Below are positions 39,328-49,400 of a stretch of DNA of 64,000 bases, piece by piece. The notes beneath the pieces are model-generated. The model was not told the origin of the DNA, ran no database searches, and was given only the letters and a program-made list of their open reading frames with translations. The DNA comes from an uncultured Bacillota bacterium. Its GTDB lineage: Bacteria; Bacillota_I; Bacilli_A; RFN20; CAG-631. A program made the position numbers and the translations under genes. Numbering within the stretch: the first letter of the stretch is position 1; each line of letters starts with the position of its first letter. The stretch is taken from contig CABUID010000001.1 in assembly GCA_902491575.1 (NCBI GenBank), positions 84,110-148,109 of the forward strand, read 5' to 3'.

Positions 39328-41946
39328 ATGAATAAGAAAATATTAAAAGTTTTCACCTCCTTATTCTTACTAACTTTAGTAATTTCTGGATGTGAAAAAA
39401 CGAATAATAGTTCATCAAGTAGTAATGATGTTTCTAGTAATCCAACTGGAAGCGTTTCTGATGAACTATCTTCAAATGTAGATTCCTCTTCAAGTATGAA
39501 TTCTTCTTCACCATCAAGTGATAGTTCATCAATGAATTCATCTAGTGATTCTTCATCTGAATTACCAGTAGTAGAATATTCCATATATGTTGCTTCTTCT
39601 GGTAATGCGAAAGTAGTATTAAGTACGAATAAAGCAGCTCCTGGAGACGTAGTAACTTTAGAAATTACACCTGATGATGGATATCGCGTGGATAGAGTTG
39701 TTATGAATAATAATGAATTATCAAGTTATTCATTTGTCATGCCTAATAGTTCTGCTATTATTACAGTCTATACAACCTTAATTGACAAAGATGGATATAT
39801 TATTGATGGTGATATATCTGCCAAACTTGTTGAAGAAGAAAATGGATTGTATGTTGCTCGAAATGTTCGAGTTGAAGCAGATTCCAATGTATATTACTCT
39901 CTTGGTGGAAGTGAACCTTTAAGCATTACAAAGATAGATAATAATAAATCTTTTGCTAACATTTCTTATAGTAATTCAGGAAATGGTGGCTTTAAAATTG
40001 CTGGAAATGCAGTTTATGATTTCTATTATGATTCAAAAAATTTAGCTACTCCATGTTATATTCAAAGAGTTGATGTAATTAATTTACCAAATACAGAAGC
40101 TTCATTTGCAAGTTTATTTGCAGGAGAAGCAAAATCGGATTCTACCGTTTATCCTGCAGGTGTCAATAAAGTAGAATATACTTCAGTTAGCAAAAATGAA
40201 AAATATGTTTGGGAATTATATTCAGATAATTCATCTTATGCTCAAGTTACTAATCCAGTAACAGGTAAAGAAAAAGCTATTGTTTATAAGGCTCAAGAAG
40301 ATAATGTTTACCGAGTTGTTGATAATTATCTAGAAGGATCATCTGAAGGAACTTATGTAACTCGTTCAGACACAACTGCTTTCTCTGGACAATATGATAT
40401 TGTTAATGCAGTTAGTCAAAAAAGTTATCAACGTCTTCAATCTGATGTAGATGTAGATGCGAATTTATATTCTCATACTATGGAAAGCTTAGATGCAGAG
40501 TTTTATCAAGCATATCGTAATGGTTATGTGGGTAATATTTATAATGATGTAACTGTCGATCATGATGCAAGTGTTATTTCAGAAGAATTAGATAATGGCG
40601 ATTTTAAAGTCAGTCTTAATACATGGGTTAGATGGAGTGGTAGTGCATATTATCAAGAATCGACAGGTTATACATCTGCTTATGTAACTTATGAAATGGA
40701 TGTTACTTTTACAAAAGCTGGTGCAATTAAAACGGGAACATTTGTAGAAACATTCTATGGGGAAAATTATTATGATTTCTCTTCTAATCAATTTAAAACA
40801 GGTTATGAAAGTGTTGAGCCAAAAAGAGAAGTAAGCTTTACTTACTCTTATGGGGATGCAAAAGCAGGACAACCTGATGTAGATGTTTCGAAATATTTTA
40901 CTCAAGAAATTACAAATATTGTTGTTCAAGGTAAAAATTCAACTGAAGCAGATACTTTGGGAATTAGTGAAGATTTAAAAGCTAGTGTTTCGTCTGCAGC
41001 TAATACAAGTCACAATATGACTTTTGTATGTAATCCATCGACAGCATTAGATACATGGCAATATGGTCCAGTAGCTTCTTCAAATACTTCAGTAATTGCT
41101 CCTAAAAGCGTTTCTACACCTTATGATTTTAGAGCAATGGCATCTGGAAGTTCAGAAATTACAATTGGTAATCATACAGTAAACGCTAATTCTGTAACGG
41201 CTAAAAAGTTAGTTTATGTAGATACAGTAGCCTTTATTAAATCTATCTTTATGTATACTTCATATCCTTATCCAAGTTATGATGATACATTCTTTGCAAA
41301 TTATGGTTATGTAGAAAGCGGAAAAACTTACGAAATCCAAGTTGCAGGTTCAACGACTTCTGGAAATTATGTTTATAATGGTTTAGGATTAAAATTTACA
41401 AATACAACAAATAATGAAGATTTAATCTCTATCACTTATGATGATGCAACGGGTAAAATATTAATTGATGCATCGAATGCAAAAGTTACTGAGCAAACAA
41501 CGGTTCGCTATACTGTTGAATGTCCAGTTCAATTATCTGATTGGCCATCAGCAACATTTACTTATTATGTTTTACCATCAACAGATTATGATGATTCCAT
41601 CGTTGGAACATGGAATAATGAAAATGATAACAGCTATATTCAAATTACAAGTGAAACAAATGGAACAATTTATGTAGCGAATGGTTCAAATACTTTGACT
41701 TTTGATTTTACTTATACATATGATTCATCAAGTGGTAAAATTACAGCATCCGTTCCTTATGCAGATAATACTTATTATACATTAAAAATGTATATCGATT
41801 CTTCAGATGGAGCTTTATGTGTATACTTCTGTTCTGAAAAGATGGGATCAGGTTGGGATGATATTACGCTTACTGAATATTTCGGAGTGAATTATGGCGA
41901 TGAATATGGTGACGATTTCCGTTACGAAGGATTTATAAAAGCGTAA
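39328..41946 (+). CDS. Large lipoprotein (872 aa) with a Ser-rich linker and beta-rich extracellular domains
   Basis: Lipobox LVISGCEKT. ~70-aa Ser-rich low-complexity segment. No catalytic motif recognised. Confidence 0.6.
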   Translation: MNKKILKVFTSLFLLTLVISGCEKTNNSSSSSNDVSSNPTGSVSDELSSNVDSSSSMNSSSPSSDSSSMNSSSDSSSELPVVEYSIYVASSGNAKVVLSTNKAAPGDVVTLEITPDDGYRVDRVVMNNNELSSYSFVMPNSSAIITVYTTLIDKDGYIIDGDISAKLVEEENGLYVARNVRVEADSNVYYSLGGSEPLSITKIDNNKSFANISYSNSGNGGFKIAGNAVYDFYYDSKNLATPCYIQRVDVINLPNTEASFASLFAGEAKSDSTVYPAGVNKVEYTSVSKNEKYVWELYSDNSSYAQVTNPVTGKEKAIVYKAQEDNVYRVVDNYLEGSSEGTYVTRSDTTAFSGQYDIVNAVSQKSYQRLQSDVDVDANLYSHTMESLDAEFYQAYRNGYVGNIYNDVTVDHDASVISEELDNGDFKVSLNTWVRWSGSAYYQESTGYTSAYVTYEMDVTFTKAGAIKTGTFVETFYGENYYDFSSNQFKTGYESVEPKREVSFTYSYGDAKAGQPDVDVSKYFTQEITNIVVQGKNSTEADTLGISEDLKASVSSAANTSHNMTFVCNPSTALDTWQYGPVASSNTSVIAPKSVSTPYDFRAMASGSSEITIGNHTVNANSVTAKKLVYVDTVAFIKSIFMYTSYPYPSYDDTFFANYGYVESGKTYEIQVAGSTTSGNYVYNGLGLKFTNTTNNEDLISITYDDATGKILIDASNAKVTEQTTVRYTVECPVQLSDWPSATFTYYVLPSTDYDDSIVGTWNNENDNSYIQITSETNGTIYVANGSNTLTFDFTYTYDSSSGKITASVPYADNTYYTLKMYIDSSDGALCVYFCSEKMGSGWDDITLTEYFGVNYGDEYGDDFRYEGFIKA

Positions 41947-41965
41947 AAAAGTAAATTATAAAAAT

Positions 41966-42006
41966 GGAATGTTTTCTATATTTAATAGAAGGCATTCCTT
42001 TTTTTC
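41966..42006 (+). terminator. Rho-independent terminator (14-bp stem GGAATGTTTTCTAT/ATAGAAGGCATTCC plus T-run)
   Basis: Long inverted repeat with two G-T pairs, followed by TTTTTTTC. Confidence 0.7.
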
Positions 42007-42110
42007 TTCGTATTTTAAATGATTATTTTTATACAAAAAAATGAACTTCTTTATTAAACTTTTTGCTTAACAATTTTAAGTTCATTTCAATAATATAAAG
42101 TATATATTTT

Positions 42111-42581
42111 TTAAATCTGCTCTAAGGATAATGCCATTACATAAATTTGGCAAGGATTTCCCTTATCCCAAAGAGTCGGAAATACTTCAAATTCTTTAAA
42201 GCCAAGACTTCTATAAAATTTGTTTGTATGATCATATTCATTATAGTGTCCCATTTGAACGGTTTTTACTTGAATAAAAGAATATCCGTCTTTAATTGCT
42301 TTTTCTTTTGCTGACATAAATAACTGTTTACCTACGCCTTGACGGTGAAATTCCTTTAATACTCCCATAACAGACAGTTCTACTGTATCTTTTCCAGTTT
42401 CTTTAAGACAAAGGAAACCGATTGGCTTTTCATCTTTCACAAAGACAAAGAACTGTTGGTTTATACTATCTTTTATATATTTTTCTCTTGCTTTTGAAAT
42501 CCCAAACCACTCAGGTAAAGCCTCTAATATTTGGCGAGAAATCATTTCTTTTTCATTAGCGTTTTTAACTTGTATAACCAT
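42111..42581 (-). CDS. GNAT family N-acetyltransferase
   Basis: Acetyl-CoA binding motif HRQGVGKQLF in a 156-aa protein. Confidence 0.75.
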   Translation of the reverse strand: MVIQVKNANEKEMISRQILEALPEWFGISKAREKYIKDSINQQFFVFVKDEKPIGFLCLKETGKDTVELSVMGVLKEFHRQGVGKQLFMSAKEKAIKDGYSFIQVKTVQMGHYNEYDHTNKFYRSLGFKEFEVFPTLWDKGNPCQIYVMALSLEQI

Positions 42582-42718
42582 CTTGCACTTTTCTCCATTA
42601 AATAGGAAAGAAATACTTTCCTAAAAATTAATCTTTCTAATTAACGACTATAAAAGTAATTTTTATTGAATAAGGATACTCCATTTTTAGAAAACTGAAA
42701 TGTTTCTGCTTTAATCCA

Positions 42719-43267
42719 TTATTTAGCATTGCAAAAATCAGATGGTTTAAGTTCGTAATCGACCGATGTCTGCAATTCTCCCAATTGATTTTTCCATGAA
42801 TCTTTATTTATTGCCGTTTTTTTGAATCCTAATAACTCATAGACATGTTGCGCCCTTGTATTCTTTATATTGGTATTTAAAAAAATAAGTTCATAACCCA
42901 TACTAAATAGTTTTTCAATAAGCATACTTAATAAAACTCGTCCTAAACCTTTTCCTTGAAAATCTGGATTGCAAATTTTGATTCCTATTTCAACCTTTTT
43001 GCCCTCATAAACATAGAAACTCATTTCACCGATTGATGTTCCTTTATATTCAATAACAAGTCTTCTTTTTGTGTTATCACTATCAGTAGCAATTTGTTCT
43101 TTAATCTTTTTGGCTGTTGTTTTAAGTCCATTAGGAAATCCTGCATGAGCCATGACATTACCGTCATTCCACCAAGTTGCAAGTTGTAAGCAATCTTTTT
43201 CTTCTGCGTTTCTAATACATAAATCATTATAGATTAATTTCATTTCATTTTTCCACCATTTTGCCAT
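42719..43267 (-). CDS. GNAT family N-acetyltransferase (RimJ/RimL-like)
   Basis: FQGKGLGRVLL motif. Length 182 aa. Confidence 0.75.
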   Translation of the reverse strand: MAKWWKNEMKLIYNDLCIRNAEEKDCLQLATWWNDGNVMAHAGFPNGLKTTAKKIKEQIATDSDNTKRRLVIEYKGTSIGEMSFYVYEGKKVEIGIKICNPDFQGKGLGRVLLSMLIEKLFSMGYELIFLNTNIKNTRAQHVYELLGFKKTAINKDSWKNQLGELQTSVDYELKPSDFCNAK

Positions 43268-43593
43268 CTAGATTATACCACTCATATAAGAAAATTTCTA
43301 TCCTAATCCTATTTTCCATATCATTACTATCCAACCATTAATCAAATGGACAAACTTCAATCATCATTGAAAAATTCGTTTATTCCTACCTATGCAACAA
43401 ATAAGAAAGCGAAAGCCTTCACTGCTTCCGCCTTCACATATGTGGTTTTTCATTCTATTCATTCTTATCGCCACAAAAAACTTAGGACCATTTGAACACT
43501 AAAACGACACAAATCCATGTTGTTTATAGTTTCTTTACAAAGAAAAAATTTAAACAGAAAAGTTTTTCATAGTTAAAAAACAAAATTTAAATA

Positions 43594-44964
43594 CTATTTT
43601 TTATAGATAGATAAAGTAATCCAGTCATTTTGTATTTCTGTTACTTTAAGGGTATAAGACAAATAAGAACCATTACTATACTTTACATTATTTAAAGATT
43701 CATTTTCAAAAAATAACGTTTCATCGGATATTTTAGTTGTACTACTAATGTAAGTCGCACCTTCAGAAGAAGTGATTTGAGATATTAATTTAGCATTTGT
43801 ATCGGTATTATTATACTTCAAAGTACCATTTTTTTTAGTATCTGCGATAACATGCAATATACGTAGACCACTTTTTTTAAATATTTTATCATATTCTTGT
43901 AATTTTGTAGGAGTGTAATACTCAAGTATAAAATATTCCTGCAAAAATCCTAAATCATTATCAAATTGATTCGATAAAATAATGAAATCTCCGTTTTGTT
44001 GAAATGAAGATAGATTTAAAGTAATCGATTCTTTAGGTTGAACCAAAATGCCTTTATTCCATCCAAGTAAAGCTTTTGTAAAAGCATTATGATCTCCAAT
44101 CGTTCCATCCATCATATCTCCACCAGCTAATCCACCTGAATTAGAGCCAACACTAGTATTATAATCATAATAATCATCAATGCCAAACATATGTGCCATT
44201 TCATGAATATAGGTATGTGTATTACATATTTCATTATTTTGATTCAAAAAATCATAGCCAGCAAATACATAACTTTTAATTTTCTTTTGATCAAATAAAA
44301 TTTGTTCATTATCAAAATAATAAGTAAAAGCCCACCATAAATTTGTTTGATAAGAAAAATCGACTGGATGATCGTAAATTAAATAAACCCCATCAATATA
44401 TCCATCGTTATCACTATCAAAATCAGAATAATCATAACGATAATCAAAAAAATCTAAAGCTTCTGTTATTATTTCTTCAACTGCATAAATATAATTATAA
44501 TTTGAATAATTTGTTTCATAATAAATGGATGGTTTTGAAGGTGTAAATACATCGGTAAGTGTAAAAGATAAATGACAATTTCCATAACTTGATAAATCAT
44601 AATATTCAGATACACTATACCATTCAAGATTATTACTACTACCATTAAACGCTGTTTCTATTTTCTGCTCATCGAATTTAGAAGAAGTTATATCTGAAAA
44701 ATGAATGGGAATAAGTAATAAATTAACTTCTCCGGTAGAAGGAGTTAAACCACTATTTTGATTTAGTTTATTTAGATCAACTTTATTTTCTATAAATGTA
44801 ATTTCTGGATTCTCGTCTATTATGGATGAAGAAAAAATTTCACTATTTTCAATAAAAGAAGAAGTACTACTATCTTCGTCAATAGTAGTACTTTCCTTTT
44901 TGTTTGTGCAACAACTTGTCATCAATAAACATGAAATTAGAAAAGTTAAATGCTTTATTTTCAT
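43594..44964 (-). CDS. Zinc metalloprotease lipoprotein, InhA/M6-like (HEMAHMFGIDDYYD)
   Basis: Lipobox LLMTSCCTN. The HExxH plus GxDDYYD arrangement resembles the M6 immune-inhibitor-A active site. Start overlaps the upstream gene's stop (ATGA). Confidence 0.55.
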   Translation of the reverse strand: MKIKHLTFLISCLLMTSCCTNKKESTTIDEDSSTSSFIENSEIFSSSIIDENPEITFIENKVDLNKLNQNSGLTPSTGEVNLLLIPIHFSDITSSKFDEQKIETAFNGSSNNLEWYSVSEYYDLSSYGNCHLSFTLTDVFTPSKPSIYYETNYSNYNYIYAVEEIITEALDFFDYRYDYSDFDSDNDGYIDGVYLIYDHPVDFSYQTNLWWAFTYYFDNEQILFDQKKIKSYVFAGYDFLNQNNEICNTHTYIHEMAHMFGIDDYYDYNTSVGSNSGGLAGGDMMDGTIGDHNAFTKALLGWNKGILVQPKESITLNLSSFQQNGDFIILSNQFDNDLGFLQEYFILEYYTPTKLQEYDKIFKKSGLRILHVIADTKKNGTLKYNNTDTNAKLISQITSSEGATYISSTTKISDETLFFENESLNNVKYSNGSYLSYTLKVTEIQNDWITLSIYKK

Positions 44965-46448
44965 GATAATGATACACCATCTGGATAGGAAATAGAAGTT
45001 GTGCCGATATCTGTAAAGGTATAAGTCTTAACAAATGAATAATAACTTCCATTTTCAGCAGCCATAAAGATACTTGTTACAATTTTATCTAAAACTAAAT
45101 TACCAGTATTATCTTCTTTTAGGTAAATTCTTAATCCACCATAATAGTTTTCATAGAAGAATAAACTAGAACAATATTTTTCTTCTGTTGCCATATCTTT
45201 AGCTGTAATATAGCCTTTTTCTTCATCGTAAATAAAGTCTTCAGGATTTAAACCGTATAATAAAACTCTATCTAAATAAATTTGACTTACATAAGACTCA
45301 TATTCATCCATACCATAAGTTAAAGTGGTAAAAATGCCATCAAAGTCTTCATCCATAAAGCAAACTGGATAATTTGAAGAACTTCCAGAAAGCAAATAGA
45401 AATAGTGAGTAAGTAAAGAAGATTGAGAATCGGCATAAGAATATTCATAATTGCCATTTTCAGCGAGTAGTTTAAAATCAATATATGTAGAGTCTAATAC
45501 CATATCGTTTGAAACAACATTCCAGCGAATATCTGCTGTATAATTCATATTTTGTTCATTTGTAAATAAAGTCAAAGCATCTGCTTGTTGAGTTGTTAAA
45601 GCAACACCAGTATATTCTTCTTTATCTTTTAAATATGGTTGATAAGGATTTGTAAACTTTTCAACATTATCAGGTACTTTTACTGCTCCTTGAGCAAAAC
45701 CATGATCAGTAAGTGTGACGGTGTAATAATAAGTTACCTCTTGATAGATAGAAATAGCTTCAACTTTACTAATGTATCCATCTTCCCAAGAAATTTCAAC
45801 TTTATGCCAATATTCATTAGGATTATCACCAAAAATTTGTCTACCTATTTTATCTTTTGTTAGATTATCAACAGGAATACAAACTTGATTATTTAAATCA
45901 AAAAGCATGTCATCTTCCCATTCAATAGCTTGAAGCTCAAAATAATCAATCAAGGAAACATAATTAAAATAATATTCGTTTTCTACATCAAGATATTTGT
46001 ATAAATTGTTTCCATAATCTAAATAATAAATCATTTGATCACTATTTTCATCATAAATAAAATAGTCAGTATAATTCGAACCATCGCTATCTGAATAGGA
46101 AAGTAAAAGATTAATTCCATCAAACATATAATCTGTTTCCCAACCACCTAAGTAGTTTCTGTTTGAAATAGCATCACAACGATAGTTTGCAGAAAAATCG
46201 TAATCTTCAGAACTATTGTAAGTATGAAATAAAGCACTCACATCATCTATAGAAACATAATTCGTTTCATCATCACTAGAAGAACTATTTTCTAATGATG
46301 ATGAGTTTAACGAACTTGAAGATGAATCTGAAATCCGTTCGGAAGAAGAAGTATCTCCTGTAGAAGAAACAGAAGAAGAATTATTTTTCTCACAACCAGT
46401 CATAAGAATACTAATCATTAGTAAAGAATAAATTGCTTTTTTATTCAT
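44961..46448 (-). CDS. Lipoprotein with Ser-rich linker (495 aa), middle gene of the surface-protease operon
   Basis: Lipobox LMTGCEKNN followed by S-rich low complexity. Starts 1 nt after the stop of the 2561-aa gene. Confidence 0.55.
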   Translation of the reverse strand: MNKKAIYSLLMISILMTGCEKNNSSSVSSTGDTSSSERISDSSSSSLNSSSLENSSSSDDETNYVSIDDVSALFHTYNSSEDYDFSANYRCDAISNRNYLGGWETDYMFDGINLLLSYSDSDGSNYTDYFIYDENSDQMIYYLDYGNNLYKYLDVENEYYFNYVSLIDYFELQAIEWEDDMLFDLNNQVCIPVDNLTKDKIGRQIFGDNPNEYWHKVEISWEDGYISKVEAISIYQEVTYYYTVTLTDHGFAQGAVKVPDNVEKFTNPYQPYLKDKEEYTGVALTTQQADALTLFTNEQNMNYTADIRWNVVSNDMVLDSTYIDFKLLAENGNYEYSYADSQSSLLTHYFYLLSGSSSNYPVCFMDEDFDGIFTTLTYGMDEYESYVSQIYLDRVLLYGLNPEDFIYDEEKGYITAKDMATEEKYCSSLFFYENYYGGLRIYLKEDNTGNLVLDKIVTSIFMAAENGSYYSFVKTYTFTDIGTTSISYPDGVSLS

Positions 46449-49400
46449 TTAATGGCCTCCTTCTTTTGTATTTTCTTTTTTCTTTTTATTTGTAAAGAAG
46501 ATAACTAAAACAATACCAGCTATTAATAGTAATGCACCACCAAACCCTAATAAATAATATAATACATTATTTGATTTAGGTTGAGTAGGTTCTTCAGGTT
46601 GGATAGGTTCGACATTTTCATTGTCTTTTGTAAGTTGAATAGAAGAAACATAATAATTGAAAGTTACACTACCATCTTCATTAATCGTAAATGTAAATTC
46701 ATCATTATCATTTGTAATGATTTTTAATACATCGTTTTCTAGATGTCTGATTTTATCAAAGGTTAATGATTTATCTTGACTATCATAATTTTTATTGTCA
46801 ACTACTAATTTACCACTACCATTAGCATAGATTGTAAATTCAAAAGTTGTTTCTTCATCATCCACACCTTTATAAATGCCTTGAATTTGACTAATTTCCT
46901 CACTTGTTAAAGGTGGCATATCAATATCCATAACTTTTTCATATAAATCTAATAAATGTTTTACTTGTTCAGTATCTAATAAAGCTTTTTGCTCTTCATC
47001 AATAATCATTTTATAAAGATTATAAGCTTCCATGATTTCTTCTTTATTATCATTTGTGACTTCTTGAATAGTAGTCAAATTATTTAAGGCATCAATAGCC
47101 ATTTTCGTATTATCATCGGCAACAGTAGCGTTGGTAATTCGATTTGCAAAATAATTTCTATAAATCCAGGAATCATAACCATTACCATTAGAAGGATAAT
47201 ACATTGTTAAATCATCCACAAAACCAACGTAATCATAGAAATTTGCATAATAATATGGATAATAATAGAAATACATATTGTAAACTTTACCATGATTAAT
47301 ATGGTATAAATTATCTAATGTTTCGGTTAAAGCAGAACTTTGAAGATTTCCTATATAATTTTGAAGAGAACTATTATATACACCTTCAAGAATAGGAGCG
47401 TTATAGGAAGAAAAATGATAAGTCTTAATGGTTTCACATCCAGCAAAGGCACAATCACCAATTCTTTGTAATGAAGATGGGAAATATATTTCATTTAAAC
47501 TGATGGTACTTGTTGTATAGAAACTATAAGCATCAATTCTTGTAGTACCTTCTAAAATTGTGTAACTTGTTTTATCTGAGCCTACAGGATAAGATTGTAA
47601 TTGAAGGTTTCCATTTTCTAAGTATACATATAATACACCATCATCAATTAACCAAACAGGTTGATTGTTTTCATTATACTTTACATAATTGATTTCATCA
47701 TTATGTGTGAAGTTACTTAAGAATCGAATGGATGAGAAGGAACCATAATGAATAGTAGAAAGGGTCTCTGGTAAGTCTACTTTACTAGCATTTGTTTCTG
47801 CAAAGGCACATTCACCTACTTCTACTAAACTTGGAATACTTAAAGTACGGATAGGCGTTGCATAGAAAGCAAAATTACCAATCTTTGTTGCTTTGTCTAA
47901 ACTTAAAGCGTTTAATTTTGTACCAAAGAAAGCATAATCGCTAACTGTTTCAACATTGCTTAAGTCAACAGTAACTAAACTAGTATTTCCATAGAAAGCT
48001 TCTTCACCAATTTGAAGAATATTCGATAAATTGATACTACTTAACAAACTAGTATTTTGAGAATTTAAGTTCATGTAGAAACATTCACTTGGAATAACTG
48101 TTAAAGGCGCTTTTTCTAAATGATTTACTTCTGCAAGATTGTAACATTGTGCAAAAGCACCTTGACCTAAATTTTCAATAGAATTTAAATCAATGCTTGT
48201 TAAGGATACACAATTTTCAAACGCATAATTACCAATTTCAGTAACATGACTTAAGTCAATAGTAGATAAATTTGTAGCATTTTGGAATGCTCGATTATCA
48301 ATCGTGATTAATTGTGGTGCATTGACTGTAGTTAAAGCAGTAGTATTTGCAAAAGCATTTCTAGAGATAGTGGTTACGTTATTAAAAGTAATTGTATTTA
48401 ACGCTGTAGCATTTTGGAATGCATTTTGTGGAATAACTTGTAATTCATCAAAGTTAACAGAAGTTAAGTTATTAGCGTTGTGAAAAGCACCAATACCCAT
48501 TTCTGTAACATTATCAGCATGAACAACTTTAATATTGGAATCTGCAAAAGCAAATTCTTTGATTGTACCACCCAAAATAGTAGCTGTACTATCATTTGTA
48601 AAAGAGTGGTAGAAAGCATATTCACCAATTTCAGTATTATCACCAATCTGGATAGAAGATAACTGGTCACAATAAGCGAAAGCTCCATATCCTATAATTG
48701 CATTATCACCAATTGTAACATCTTGTAAGCCTGAATATGCAAACATATAATTATGAATTACAGAAAGGGAAGATAATCCATGAACTGTTTCAAGATTTTC
48801 ACAACCATAGAACAAATATTCACCTAAATCACAATTAGAAAGATGAGTTAAATCGATACTTTCTAAAGAACTATTTGCGAAAGCAAAATCATGAATAGAG
48901 GTAATTTGTGCTGGTAAAGTTAAAGAAGTAGTAACTTTATTTCCTGCGACAGCTCCAACACCGATAGTTGTTACTGAAGAAGGAATGGTTAGAACGGTAT
49001 TAGATGGAACGAGTACAAGAGTATCTTTTTCTTTATTTAATAAAAGATTATTTTCTAGTTCATAATAAGAACTTACACCATCAAGAGTGATGGTTTCAAA
49101 TTGACTTGTAGATACAAATGGTGCTCCTTCAAAATACAATTGAGTGTTTTCCTTTAAGACTAATTCTTGTATAGAACTTCCTTTAAATGCTTCATCCATG
49201 ATAGTTACTTCACAGGAAGGAAGATTTAAAGAAGTAATAGCACTATTTTCAAAGGCATTATAACCAATTTGTAAAGATTGACTATCGTTTGCAAAGTGAA
49301 TCGTATTTAAATTCAAACAACCTTTGAAAGCTTCAGAATTGATCATGACATTTGGATTTGTAAAAGTGATTTCTGAAATTGATTGACAATTTTCAAAAGC

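Noticed and set aside
38368-39584. ORFs 38368-38586, 38408-38677 and 39270-39584 on the minus strand
   Set aside because: Antisense to the Ser-rich linker-coding parts of the lipoprotein genes. Their E/S/L-rich translations are complements of repetitive TCN/GAN codons.
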